DNA of 62,852 nucleotides, the filler included, from Octopus bimaculoides (Eukaryota), in assembly GCF_001194135.2 (NCBI RefSeq). It is 6 parts of 6 records of this genome, joined end to end, with 100 filler letters (N's around TTAATTAATTAA, not from the genome) between each part and the next. Parts side by side here need not be neighbours in the genome. Positions count along the whole stretch, not along the records: positions 1 to 23,764 come from NC_068986.1; 5 more parts are not named here. The stretch is one strand, 5' to 3'. Shown here piece after piece: positions 11,945-22,530 of the stretch (its first letter is position 1; every line of letters starts with the position of its first letter). The notes beneath the pieces were generated by a model. That model saw only the letters and a list, made by a program, of their open reading frames with translations, was not told the origin of the DNA and searched no databases. The translations under genes and the position numbers were made by a program.

Positions 11945-12167
11945 AAGGCAGCCAGCTGGCAGAAATGTTAGTGCACTGAGTAAAATACTAGCAGCATTTC
12001 ATCTGTCTTTACATTCTGAGATCAAATTCTGCTGAGGTTGACTTTTCCCTTCATCCTTTTGGGGTTGATAAAAAAAAAGTACCAGTCAAGAACAGGGTTG
12101 GTGTAATTGATTTACCCCCTTGCCTGAAATTACTGGCCTTGTGCCAAAATTTGAAACAAGTATTATT
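11945..12167 (+). mobile_element. SINE family D
   Basis: 'aaggcagccagctggcagaaatgttag...ttctgagatcaaattc...aagtaccag...tattatt' tail. Confidence 0.8.
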
Positions 12168-12747
12168 CTGCTTACACACACTCATACACCTTTCTAATTT
12201 GACCTCTATTGACCAAAATACTTATCTAAGAATTATTTTTAGATAGCAAATATTATTATATTCATATTCAAAACGTTTTTCTTATCCCTAAAAAAAAAAA
12301 AAAGATGTGGTTTGTAGCTCTTTATTTTGAATAATTCAAAGTTTTCTATATTTAACAAATTCCAACCTGGTACTTTCTGCTTATGACGTTATTATTCATT
12401 CCTTATATATGCTATCAATATATTGGATATAACAACCATGCCAAATCTAACTGGAAAAATATTCTTTCCTCACTAATCATTGAGAGTTGCATGTTTGAGT
12501 TGTTAATCTCAAATATATGAACTTTTTAATTAAACTTAGCGTTTGGAGTTCTTCAAATGATAATCTAAGGAAAATTTTGGGAAAGATAAGCAATCCCCCC
12601 ACTCAACAACCTTTTCCTATGAATTCATTTATTGAGATACATATTTTGGTACTTGGCATCATGTTCTTTTCTGTCTGGATACTTTTTTCAGCTAAAAGTA
12701 AATAATTAGTTGGCATCTGATAAACGGACCATACTTGTTTGCTGAAA

Positions 12748-12885
<138 letters not shown>

Positions 12886-13320
12886 AAGGCAGTGAGCTAG
12901 CAGAATTGTTAGAACATCGGAAAAAATGCTTTGCAGTATTTCTTCTGAGTCATTATGTTCTGAATTCAAATTCTACAGAGGTTGACTTTGCTTTTTGTCC
13001 TTTCAGGGTCAATTAAATAAGTACCAGCCGAGCACTGGAATCGATGTAACCGACTTTCCCCTACCCTTAAAATCTGCTGGTCATGTGCCAAAATTAGAAA
13101 GAATTATTATTGTTTAGCAGAATTGTTAGCATATTGGACAAAATACTTAACAGCATTTCATTTGGCTATTTACATTCTAAGTTCAAATTCCACCAAGGTC
13201 AACTTGTCTTTCAGGCCCAATAAAATAAGTACCAGTTGAGCACTGGAGTTAATGTAACTGACCAATTTCCCCTTCACAAATTCAGGCCCTGTACCTATAG
13301 TAGAAAGAATTATTATTATT
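12886..13320 (+). mobile_element. Two tandem SINE family D copies (12886-13110, 13114-13320)
   Basis: Two successive 'agcagaattgttag...aagtaccag..gagcactgg...agaaagaattattatt' units. Confidence 0.8.
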
Positions 13321-13371
13321 TTTGTTCTTCTTTATTCTTGAATTTCTTTAACTTGGATAAATGTGTGTGTG

Positions 13372-13590
13372 TGTCTTCGAAACGCCTGTGTTAGAATGGG
13401 GGTAGCTGGTGAAGGAAAATATTCTCTATGTGGCCTGTGTGTGTTCTGTACTCTGGTTATTATTATTTTTTTGCCTACGTTTTGTTTGCAATGTCCTATA
13501 CCCAGATATGCACCTATATATACAGGTAGACGTAGGTATGCACATACCTGTACGTATATATGCATATACTCATTTATTATTTGTTGTATA
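13372..13590 (+). mobile_element. PLE-like terminal repeat (family P), 5'-truncated, ends in (TA)n
   Basis: Closely similar to 49750-49945 ('cttcgaaacgcc..gggggtagctg.tgaag..gtcct.tacccagatatgcacc'). Confidence 0.7.
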
Positions 13591-13930
13591 TATATATATA
13601 TATATATAATATTTCCAATATATGACATAATTGGGGGCCAGTAGTGAGGTTCAAGTAGTAAGCTTTGGGCTAAATATATTTGCTTTTTAGAAAATCTCTN
13701 NNNNNNNNNNNNNNNNNNNNNNNNNNNNNNNNNNNNNNNNNNNNNNNNNNNNNNNNNNNNNNNNNNNNNNNNNNNNNNNNNNNNNNNNNNNNNNNNNNNN
13801 NNNNNNNNNNNNNNNNNNNNNNNNNNNNNNNNNNNNNNNNNNNNNNNNNNNNNNNNNNNNNNNNNNNNNNNNNNNNNNNNNNNNNAAAGAAAGAAAGAGA
13901 CCTCGATATTATGTAAATAGAGGAATTTAT

Positions 13931-14150
13931 CTGTAAAAATATGTGACACTTATTCAGTAGCCATGATAAAACTCTGAGTTTCGGATGCCGGGGTGGGAGC
14001 CCACGCCAACATCTCTTCAGTTATCTGGCCATTGAAAATTCCTGTGAACAATTGCCGGATAACTAGAGATGTTGGCGTGGGCTCCCACCCCAGCATCTGA
14101 AACTCGGAGTTTTATCATGGCTACCGAATAAGTGTCACATATTTTTACAG
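13931..14150. repeat. ~98-bp-arm inverted repeat (foldback) of a hammerhead-bearing PLE-like terminus
   Basis: 13931-14029 is the reverse complement of 14054-14150 with 5 substitutions and one 2-nt indel; 24-nt spacer; followed by (TA)n. Confidence 0.92.
13965..14025 (-). ncRNA. Type I hammerhead ribozyme motif (predicted)
   Basis: Minus strand: GATAA-CTGAAGA-GATGTTGG-(cgtgggctcccacc)-CCGGCATC-c-GAAA-CT-cag-AG-T-T-TTATC. Stem I GATAA/TTATC, 8-bp stem II (2 G-U), short stem III, GUU cleavage triplet. Confidence 0.75.
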
Positions 14151-14269
14151 GTATATATATATATATATATATTAAGCAGGGAGCAAACCCCTACCATCTT
14201 CTAGCAACTTATTTTTTGATTTCACTTTCATTGAAATGGCCCTTGAGGAAAGCACAATCTTTATATCTG

Positions 14270-14460
14270 TTGTTGTTGTTGTTGATGATGTATAGCCCTA
14301 GGTCAATCCTGACTGAGTAGGTCTGTGACCATAAAGAATCCAGTTTTAACCATCTTGTTCTTTTTTATATCGAGGATTACATTGTGTTCTTCCCTTTTTA
14401 AGATGATAGAGTATGATTTGAGGAAAGTTGGGCTGCTATTTTTTCTAGCAGTTCAAGTAA
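14270..14460. repeat. Interspersed repeat family F
   Basis: 'tagccctaggtcaatcctgactgagtaggtct...gatttgagga..gctgctatt..ctagcag'. Confidence 0.6.
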
Positions 14461-14592
14461 CTTTTAAGCCTGGTGTTTATTCTTTCACTCACTTTTGCTG
14501 AACTGCTAAGTTTTGGGGATGTAAACACGTACCAATGCCAGTTGTTAAGTGTTGGGACACACACTCATTTGTTGACAAAATATAGCTTTGTA

Positions 14593-14820
14593 CATCATCA
14601 TCATCATCGTTTAACGTCTGCTTCCCATGCTAGCATGGGTTGGACAATTTGACTGAGGACTGGTGAAACCGGATGGCAACACCAGGCTCCAATCTGATTT
14701 GGCAGAGTTTCTACAGCTGAATACCCTTCCTAACGCCAACCACTCAGAGAGTGTAGTGGGTGCTTTTACGTGTCACCCGCACGAAGGCCAGTCAGGCGGT
14801 ACTGGCAACGACCACGCTCA
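14593..14820 (-). mobile_element. Family C element, 3' part
   Basis: Reverse complement of 2720-2944, with (CAT)n tail. Confidence 0.85.
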
Positions 14821-15104
14821 TGTAAGAAATCAATAATTACGCAATTACTGTATTATGCTCACCTCACTCTCTTGTACCTCAAGAGTTTTTCTCTGGCATT
14901 GCATCACCACCTTCTTTTATCTCCTTCTCAATTACCCTACCCACATGGGGTAACATGGGGTAGTTATGTATCTTCTCTGAAGCAACACACTTGTGCTTGT
15001 CCCTCTATCATACTTTTTAACCTTTCAACATCTGGGATAAAACCACCCTCACTTAGTAGTGGGAGCTTTTCTTTTTTTTCCTTGTCCTTTTTCAGTCTTG
15101 CAGG

Positions 15105-15350
15105 TTACTCAGTAACCCCACTAGTGCTGGTGACATGAAAAAACAAAGACCAAGTACTCACCATAATGTGGTTGGCATTAGGGAAGGCATCCATCTTTAG
15201 AAACTATGCTAAACCTGACACTGAAACCCAACACAGTCCTACAGCTTACCAGATTCTGTTGAACCATCTAACCCATGCCAGCATGAAAAATTAGCATTAA
15301 TTCATGCTGTTGCTAATGATAATGATGATGATGGGGATGATGATGATGAA
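15105..15350 (+). mobile_element. Family C-related element, diverged
   Basis: 'gtggttggcattagggaaggcatcc...aacccatgccagcatg' plus (GAT)n tail. Confidence 0.65.
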
Positions 15351-15495
15351 ATAAGCTGAAAGCCATTGTATGTTGTTAATATAAAAACAGTAAAAGTACT
15401 AAAATTGGGAATTATTAGTGATAATTAAAAAGATAGTAATTGGTTGATGTGATTGATAGTCTCAAAGACTGATCATATATTGATATGAAATAATT

Positions 15496-15876
15496 GTGGA
15501 GGCGCAATGGCCCAGTGGTTAGGGCAGCGGACTCGCAGTCATAGGATCGCGGTTTCAATTCTCAGACCGGGCGTTGTGAGTGTTTATTGAGCGAAAACAC
15601 CTAAAGCTCCACGAGGCTCCGGCAGGAGATTGTGGCGAACCCTGCTGTACTCTTTCACCACAACTTTCTCTCACTCTTACTTCTTGTTTCTGTTGTGCCT
15701 ATAATTCAAAGGGTCAGCCTTGTCACACTGTGTCACGCTGAATATCCCCGAGAACTACGTTAAGGGTACACGTGTCTGTGGATTGCTCAGCCACATGCAC
15801 GTTAATTTCATCAGCAGGCTGTTCCGTTAATCAGATCAACTGGAACCCTCGATGTTGTAAGCGACGGAGTGCCAAC
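15496..15876 (+). mobile_element. tRNA-derived SINE family B, full length, young
   Basis: A box TGGCCCAGTGG, B-box-like GTTTCAATTC; perfect 11-bp TSD ATGAAATAATT (15485-15495, 15877-15887). Confidence 0.93.
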
Positions 15877-16129
15877 ATGAAATAATTAATGTTTAATATC
15901 TGATATTGATCCTTAGACATTGTCATGTTGATCTTACAGGATTACTTTTTGAAAAACCTGATTCTATTCTAATGTTTTGTTGAGTACAATTCTGGTCTCT
16001 ACTGCTGCTATTAAGGATCTCTTTTTAGTTAAGTTACATGGCCAGTTTTCTAAAAATAGAGTGTATGTGATATGATGCCCACAAATATTTTTGCACTTCT
16101 GGTTAAGTTAGTGTTAACTTATTTCCTGG

Positions 16130-16330
16130 GCAGAGGTGTTCCATATTAGCCTAGCCTCTGCCTTTGACCTGTCCAGCTTGGGAGGCTCTATCTCGTTTCT
16201 CTGTTTGTTTGTTTTTTTCGTTGTTCGAAAAAAAGTTCGTTTTCTATGTTTTTGTTTTTTATGTTCTTGTTTCTCATTCTGTCTACATTTTTTTGGTGTC
16301 CTGTACCCACATATGCATGTATATATAAAT
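16130..16330 (+). repeat. Unclassified repeat end resembling PLE-like termini, runs into (TA)-rich tract
   Basis: Ends 'tctacatttt..gtcctgtaccca.atatgca' like family P; 8-bp stem GGCAGAGG/CCTCTGCC. Confidence 0.45.
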
Positions 16331-16921
16331 ATATATGTAGGTATGTACATATATGTATGTATATATGCATATATTTATATATTATTTATATATCTATATA
16401 TATATATATATTGGAATCTGGCAACGACTTTTTTTTTTTTCACATATGTTGAATTTACAATGTGGTAAATTGACTAAATCATTTGCAGTACTTGTTTCTC
16501 CTGCCAAAGTTAACCATGCCTGTCTGCCATTCCTTCTTTCCTTCCTTTCTTTCTTTCTTTACTTATTTGTTTAAGTTAAAGATCCAGTTTTGTTGCACTG
16601 ATTTGGTCTGAGAATTATGTTATCAGTATAAGATGTGAAGCTCTAGAAACTGCGTTGATTCAATCAGTCACTTACACATTCATTTCATGAATAGAAATTT
16701 AGCTGGTTGAACAATCTTGATGCTCACCACTAAAACTAATGTGGAATCTGCCATCAACTGTGCTTAAATAAGATGTTTTGTCTGTTATTTCCTTTCTTTG
16801 TCATCACTTATTTTTCTCCATTCCTTATAATTCCTTTATATGATATATCCATGCTTGTATAAACTTCATATAAACAAGAAAAATATGATACAAATCTATA
16901 TCTCAGTTCACTTGTTTTTCA

Positions 16922-16984
16922 TATGAAAGGCAGAACCCTTCGTATGAAAGACGGAACCCTTTGTATGAAAGACGGAACCCTTTC
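16922..16984. repeat. 21-bp minisatellite x3 (TATGAAAGACGGAACCCTTTG)
   Basis: Three adjacent units at 16922, 16943 and 16964. Confidence 0.9.
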
Positions 16985-17049
16985 ATTACCATATTTCTTC
17001 TGAAATACATAGCTTTTGTTTTAATTAATTTTGAAAATATTGAAGGATT

Positions 17050-17437
17050 GGTTGTTGGTGGCACAACGTCGCTTACGACGTCGAGGGTTCTAGTTGATCC
17101 GATCAACGGAACAGCCTGCTCGTGAAATTAACGTGCAAGTGGCTGAGCACTCCACAGACACGTGTACCCTTAACGTAGTTCTCGGGGATATTCAGCGTGA
17201 CACAGTGTGACAAGGCTGACCCTTTGAATTACAGGTACAACAGAAACAGGAAGTAAGAGTGAGAGAAAGTTGTGGTGAAAGAGTACAGCAGGGTTCGCCA
17301 CCATCCCCTGCCGGATCCTCGTGGAGCTTTAGGTATTTTCGCTCAATAAACACTCACAATGCCCAGTCTGGGAATCGAAACCGCAATCCTATGACTGCGA
17401 GTCTGCTGCCCTAACCACTGGGCCATTGCGCCTCCAC
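17050..17437 (-). mobile_element. tRNA-derived SINE family B, full length, young
   Basis: Reverse complement of the 15496 copy; perfect 11-bp TSD ATTGAAGGATT (17039-17049, 17438-17448). Confidence 0.93.
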
Positions 17438-17808
17438 ATTGAAGGATTAAGTAAAACAATTTTGCCATTATTAAGCTGATGTTTGGAACATAAATTAACA
17501 TGAAATTTTGATGAAAGGTTTTAACTTAGATCACTTGAAAACAGTAAATTTATATCACAGAACCAGGGGCAGTTTTATGCAGATTGTTATCAAAAGGGTT
17601 ATCCTTTTTGATAGCAATCACCATCACTAAATGTGTCTCTTGTATTTTTTCCATTATTTTAGACACAACTGCCAACATTTACTCTTTTATAATAGCTAGA
17701 ATTTGAAGCAACTTGCGGTGTTCTATATCAGCAGGAATAATTTCTATAAAACAAAATAAAATCAAAGTATATAGGTTTGTAGTGCGAAGAAATAAGTATT
17801 GCTTCACA

Positions 17809-18046
17809 TAAGAATTTCGGTAATTTTTCAGATTAACACCCGCACGATCTTCACTAGGGTGTTAGGGTTAGGGTTTTAGAGTCAGGGTTAGGGTTTAGAG
17901 TTACGGTTAGGGTTTGGGTTAGGGAATTCCATCCCTAACACTAACCGTAACCCTAAGATCCTAACCCTGACCCTAAAACCCTAACCCTAACACCCTAGGG
18001 AAGATCGTGAGGGTCTTAATCTGAAAAAAATTACCGATAATTCTTA
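17809..18046. repeat. 238-bp palindromic element containing degenerate (TTAGGG)n / (CCCTAA)n arms
   Basis: Arms pair from TAAGAATT.. (17809) to ..AATTCTTA (18046); centre TTAGGGA-attcca-TCCCTAA. Confidence 0.9.
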
Positions 18047-19624
18047 CATAATATAACTTAAATTTTGGTCTTTCACTGAAGTTACTCTAAAGTGTTTAAA
18101 GGAACTATCTGTTAATTTCATTTCGCCAGTGAGTTATGGCCATGGTGAGGTGATTAGTCCACAAGTGAAACGAAAACATCTTTTCGTAACTGCATCTGTT
18201 CGATCAGCCAGGCACATTACTGAATATGTATGCAGAGACGATTGGATTTGTAGGTGAGCTCTGTTGCAATGTCAAGCTTGTTGGTTGACAAAGGAATTAT
18301 TTTGAGCAATATATTTGTTGTTGTCTAACATAAATGCAATCCCACGCGTAAGCTTACTGCTAAAACTATCACGTGTCAGCTGGGAGAAATATGTGTGCAC
18401 ATAGAAAAATGCATTCTAATTTTTTCTTATCTGGCCATTAAATGTTCTTGAGTCACAAGTTATTTCCCTTTAATATCTGGTCACAAGATACAGAACCAAA
18501 GCATTTTTATTGTTACTCCAAATTATCGACTGTTTTCAATTAAATGCCCCCCCCCCTTNNNNNNNNNNNNNNNNNNNNNNNNNNNNNNNNNNNNNNNNNN
18601 NNNNNNNNNNNNNNNNNNNNNNNNNNNNNNNNNNNNNNNNNNNNNNNNNNNNNNNNNNNNNNNNNNNNNNNNNNNNNNNNNNNNNNNNNNNNNNNNNNNN
18701 NNNNNNNNNNNNNNNNNNNNNNNNNNNNNNNNNNNNNNNNNNNNNNNNNNNNNNNNNNNNNNNNNNNNNNNNNNNNNNNNNNNNNNNNNNNNNNNNNNNN
18801 NNNNNNNNNNNNNNNNNNNNNNNNNNNNNNNNNNNNNNNNNNNNNNNNNNNNNNNNNNNNNNNNNNNNNNNNNNNNNNNNNNNNNNNNNNNNNNNNNNNN
18901 NNNNNNNNNNNNNNNNNNNNNNNNNNNNNNNNNNNNNNNNNNNNNNNNNNNNNNNNNNNNNNNNNNNNNNNNNNNNNNNNNNNNNNNNNNNNNNNNNNNN
19001 NNNNNNNNNNNNNNNNNNNNNNNNNNNNNNNNNNNNNNNNNNNNNNNNNNNNNNNNNNNNNNNNNNNNNNNNNNNNNNNNNNNNNNNNNNNNNNNNNNNN
19101 NNNNNNNNNNNNNNNNNNNNNNNNNNNNNNNNNNNNNNNNNNNNNNNNNNNNNNNNNNNNNNNNNNNNNNNNNNNNNNNNNNNNNNNNNNNNNNNNNNNN
19201 NNNNNNNNNNNNNNNNNNNNNNNNNNNNNNNNNNNNNNNNNNNNNNNNNNNNNNNNNNNNNNNNNNNNNNNNNNNNNNNNNNNNNNNNNNNNNNNNNNNN
19301 NNNNNNNNNNNNNNNNNNNNNNNNNNNNNNNNNNNNNNNNNNNNNNNNNNNNAAAATTTTAGAGGTAAATCACATTTTTCTTTATTTTTTCTTTCTTTTT
19401 TTTCTGCTTTAATATGATTTGATTAATTATACTCAGTGAAAATGACCAATGAAAACTTGTTTTCATCAAACTATAAATCGTTTAAATGATTATAACTTAA
19501 AATTTAGACTGGGGTTCAACACACCACAACTGCTTTGCAGTGAAAATAATATCTTTTGGATTGAAGGTACTGGAAAATTAGCTTTACTTTGTGATTGAAT
19601 TTTTTTGTTGCAATTGTTGTTTTT

Positions 19625-19780
19625 CATCATCATCTCCATTTAACGTCCATGTTCCATGCTTGCATGAGCTGAATAGTTCGACAGAGTCTAATGGGTCCAA
19701 GAATTGCCTCATACTCCAGTGTCTGGTTTCTGTGACTAGATGCACTTCCTAATGCCAACCACTTTACAGAATGCACTAGT
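19625..19780 (-). mobile_element. Family C-related fragment
   Basis: 'catcatcatctccatttaacgtccatgttccatgc...cttcctaatgccaaccac'. Confidence 0.65.
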
Positions 19781-20650
19781 GAGGTTGTCATGCAGCTTGC
19801 AAGCCTACAAATCCAGGGAATATGGTGGGATGTTGTTGCCACTACTGTTACCGCCACCACTGTCTATGTCTACATTTTGTTTGCTTTCCATGCTGGCATG
19901 GGTTGGATAGGGTGTCACAATCCAAGCCATTTCCTACTGGGAGCCACTGCACTTATAGACCAGAGCTCATACATGTCATTTGATTGGATGCCATTCCTGT
20001 CTTCAACCTGGGTGTAGTAGGTGCATGACGTCATGGCACCAACACTAGCGAGTTTGAACAGTCTTTTCATGAGAGAGGAAGGATTAAAGTGACTTTAAGC
20101 TTTCTCTACTCATTTACCAACAACTTTATGATGTGTACTTGGTGCACATAGTACTAGATGACTATGTGCACCAGTCATAGTACTAGATGACAACGATGAT
20201 GATTCTAGAACTTATAAAGCAGAGACAGATATTGCCAACTCCCACCAATATAATCTGACCTCTGGTTCAGCTGATCAGTGTATTTACTCTCAGACCTAAT
20301 TTTGGGATGCAGCATGCATTGAATCAGAAATTTTTTTAAATTGCAACAAGAAAAAAACAAAATTTTTATTTTTGCCACTGAAAATTCTTGTAAGGATGTA
20401 AAACTCACAAATCAGAATCTCAGAAAGCAACAACTACCTATATACAATGCCTGAGGGAACAGTTGGTCATGGCTGCAATGCTTTTTCTCGTGGTGTTTTT
20501 TTTAGCCATTTAAGCATTCAGATTATTGCAAATACTTATTTAAAGATTAGATAAAGTTGCATTGGATTTGTCTAATCTTCTTTGTTATAAAAAAAATTTG
20601 GTTTATTTCAAATAATTGTCATATTATCTTTTTATTGTTGTTGAGCTCAG

Positions 20651-20764
20651 GTGAATGGTCAGAGTTTGGAGAATTTACCACATAGTGAAGCAGTCAAGAT
20701 ATTTCTCTCAGCTGGAAATGTTGTAAAACTAAAGGTCCAACATGGTGCAATGGATAACCTTGTG
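20651..20764 (+). CDS. SYNJ2BP: Penultimate coding exon, PDZ domain C-terminal half (synaptojanin-2-binding protein / OMP25-like)
   Basis: cag|GTGAAT acceptor, GTG|gtaggt donor; 114 nt, phase 0-0; VNGQSLENLPHSEAVKIFLSAGNVVKLKVQHGAMDNLV resembles the human SYNJ2BP segment VNGQDLKNLLHQDAVDLFRNAGYAVSLRVQH. Confidence 0.85.
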
Positions 20765-21077
20765 GTAGGTTACACAAGCCCCCTTTTTTTTTTGTCATAT
20801 CCCTTGCACTGTTATTGTTTATATCCCCTCTCTCTCTCGCTCTCATATCCTAATTCACTTTGTTTTTCTTTTTCCTTCACTTTCCCTTCTTTATTTTGTT
20901 TATATAAGTTAGTGACAGAATGGGAGTGGCCATCGCACTTGCTGGTTGTTCTCTCAAACGGTTGACATTAATGTAGATGATGTCCAACCTGATCTTGAGT
21001 ATCATCTTACATGTTGATATTAGTAAGAAATCATTGGTGGAGAGGGTCTAGTCTGTATTATTGCAACATAGTATTCA

Positions 21078-21378
21078 CTATAGCCTTGGACCAACCAAAG
21101 CCTTGTGAGTGGATTTGGTAGATGGAAACTGAAAAAAGCGCATTGTATATGTGTGTGTGTCTTTGTGTCTGTGTTTGTCCCCCATCACTGCTTCACAACC
21201 AGTGATGGTGTATTAATTTAGTGGTTCAGCAAAAGAAACCGATAGAATAAGTATCAGGCTTTAAAAAAAAAAGTACTGGGGTCGATTCATTCTACTAAAA
21301 AAACAATTCTTCAAGGCAGTACCCCAACATGGCTACAGTCTAATGAGTGAGACAAATAAAAGATAAAGATAAAAAGAA
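21078..21378 (+). mobile_element. SINE family A, 5'-truncated
   Basis: Matches family A middle and tail. Confidence 0.8.
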
Positions 21379-21619
21379 TATAAAGTAGCATTTCCTGAAG
21401 GTTTACAAAAAGTACATTACAAGTGGTGACTGACAGGGGTTAGGAAGGACATCTAACTGTAACTCCCATAAGTACAGTTACATATAGTTGGGGCATAACC
21501 CAAAGTACTTTGTAGGAATTGTCTCTGGTTTTGTCAAATTTAAAGGTGGGAAACCTAATCAAAGTAAGGGAGGAATTCAGTCCCTTTTTGATGGCCAACT
21601 ACCTGATGTCTCTTGAAGA

Positions 21620-22530
21620 GATCAGTATCTGTAGTTTCGGATGGAATATAGGAATTATGGTAGGGATATCAGGAGAAGTGGTAGAGGCACTGATCAGAAG
21701 AAATGTGAACGTATAGGTGCAGGCATGGCTGTGTGGTAAGAAACTTGCATCCCATTCACATGGTTTCTGGTTCAGTCCCACTGTGTGGCACTTTGGGCAA
21801 ATGTTTTCTACTGTAGCCCTGGGCTAACCAAAGCTCTGTGAGTGGATTTGGCAGACAGAAACTGAAAGAAGCCCGTCGTATATACATATCTATGTGTGTG
21901 CCTTTGTGACAATGTTCGTTCCCCACTACCACTTGATAACTAGTGTTGGTGTGTTTATATCCCTGTAACTTAGTGGTTCGGTAAAAGAGACCAATAGAAT
22001 AAGTACCAGGCTTTAAAAAAAAAATTAGTACAGGGCTCCAGTCTAGTGACTGAAACAAATAAAAGGTAGAAGATAAAAGATATGTTGTGAGATAGAAGGA
22101 AGTTGTGCAAGAATGGGAAGGGGGAAGCAGGAACAGAAGAACACATTTATGTGGCAAGGTTACTTGAAAGTGTGTCTGTTGTTGGTTTCCTGATTTCTGA
22201 AGAATTTGTAAATTGTGATGAATGTAGCTAGAGTGGGTGTAAGGTTGACGATGATGAAACTAGTGGTTTGAACTTCTCAGTGTATGTCATCTTAGGATAG
22301 ATATGCTCTGCTGATAGAAGGAGAGAGTAAGCTTTGGTATGTGCCAGAAAAGCTAATGACAAACATGAAAGATCTAGAAGTTTTCGTAGCAGCAAAAGTC
22401 TTCAGTGGACATGTGGGAAGGAGTAAACATGGTTTTCATGGAGCTTATAGGAGTTATGGATATGGCAAGAGGAATGGTGAAAAAAATTTGGAGTTTGCCA
22501 GTGGAGATGGTTATTTTAATTGAAAATACC
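21620..22530 (+). mobile_element. Decayed RTE LINE endonuclease region, interrupted by a family A SINE
   Basis: GWNIGIMVGISGEVVEALIRRNVNV | ICC.. and FSGHVG..GFHG..YGYGKRN..NLEF match RTE APE motifs (NVGTLxGRSxEVVExLxRRxVDICC; GDFNGHVG..GYGxRNxEGxxxLEF). Confidence 0.8.
21715..22080 (+). mobile_element. SINE family A nested in RTE remnant
   Basis: Full head; shortened tail; splits the V-D/N-I-C-C motif. Confidence 0.85.

Noticed and set aside
15496-15570. tRNA-like heads (also 25007, 54772, 62764 and family A heads) as tRNA genes
   Set aside because: No complete cloverleaf; they continue into SINE bodies with tails and TSDs.
17809-18046. Firm claim of an ancestral telomere-telomere fusion
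   Set aside because: Repeats are few and degenerate and sit within symmetric unique arms; a foldback transposon explains this more simply.
18510-19412. Very long ORFs spanning N runs (also 26199-28821, 39732-40889, 47094-48390)
   Set aside because: Open only because N codons give no stops; the one real part is the CR1-like segment 27396-27868.
20651-20965. 104-aa ORF as a complete protein
   Set aside because: Only the first 38 codons are PDZ-like; a GT donor at 20765 follows and the rest is pyrimidine-rich intron.
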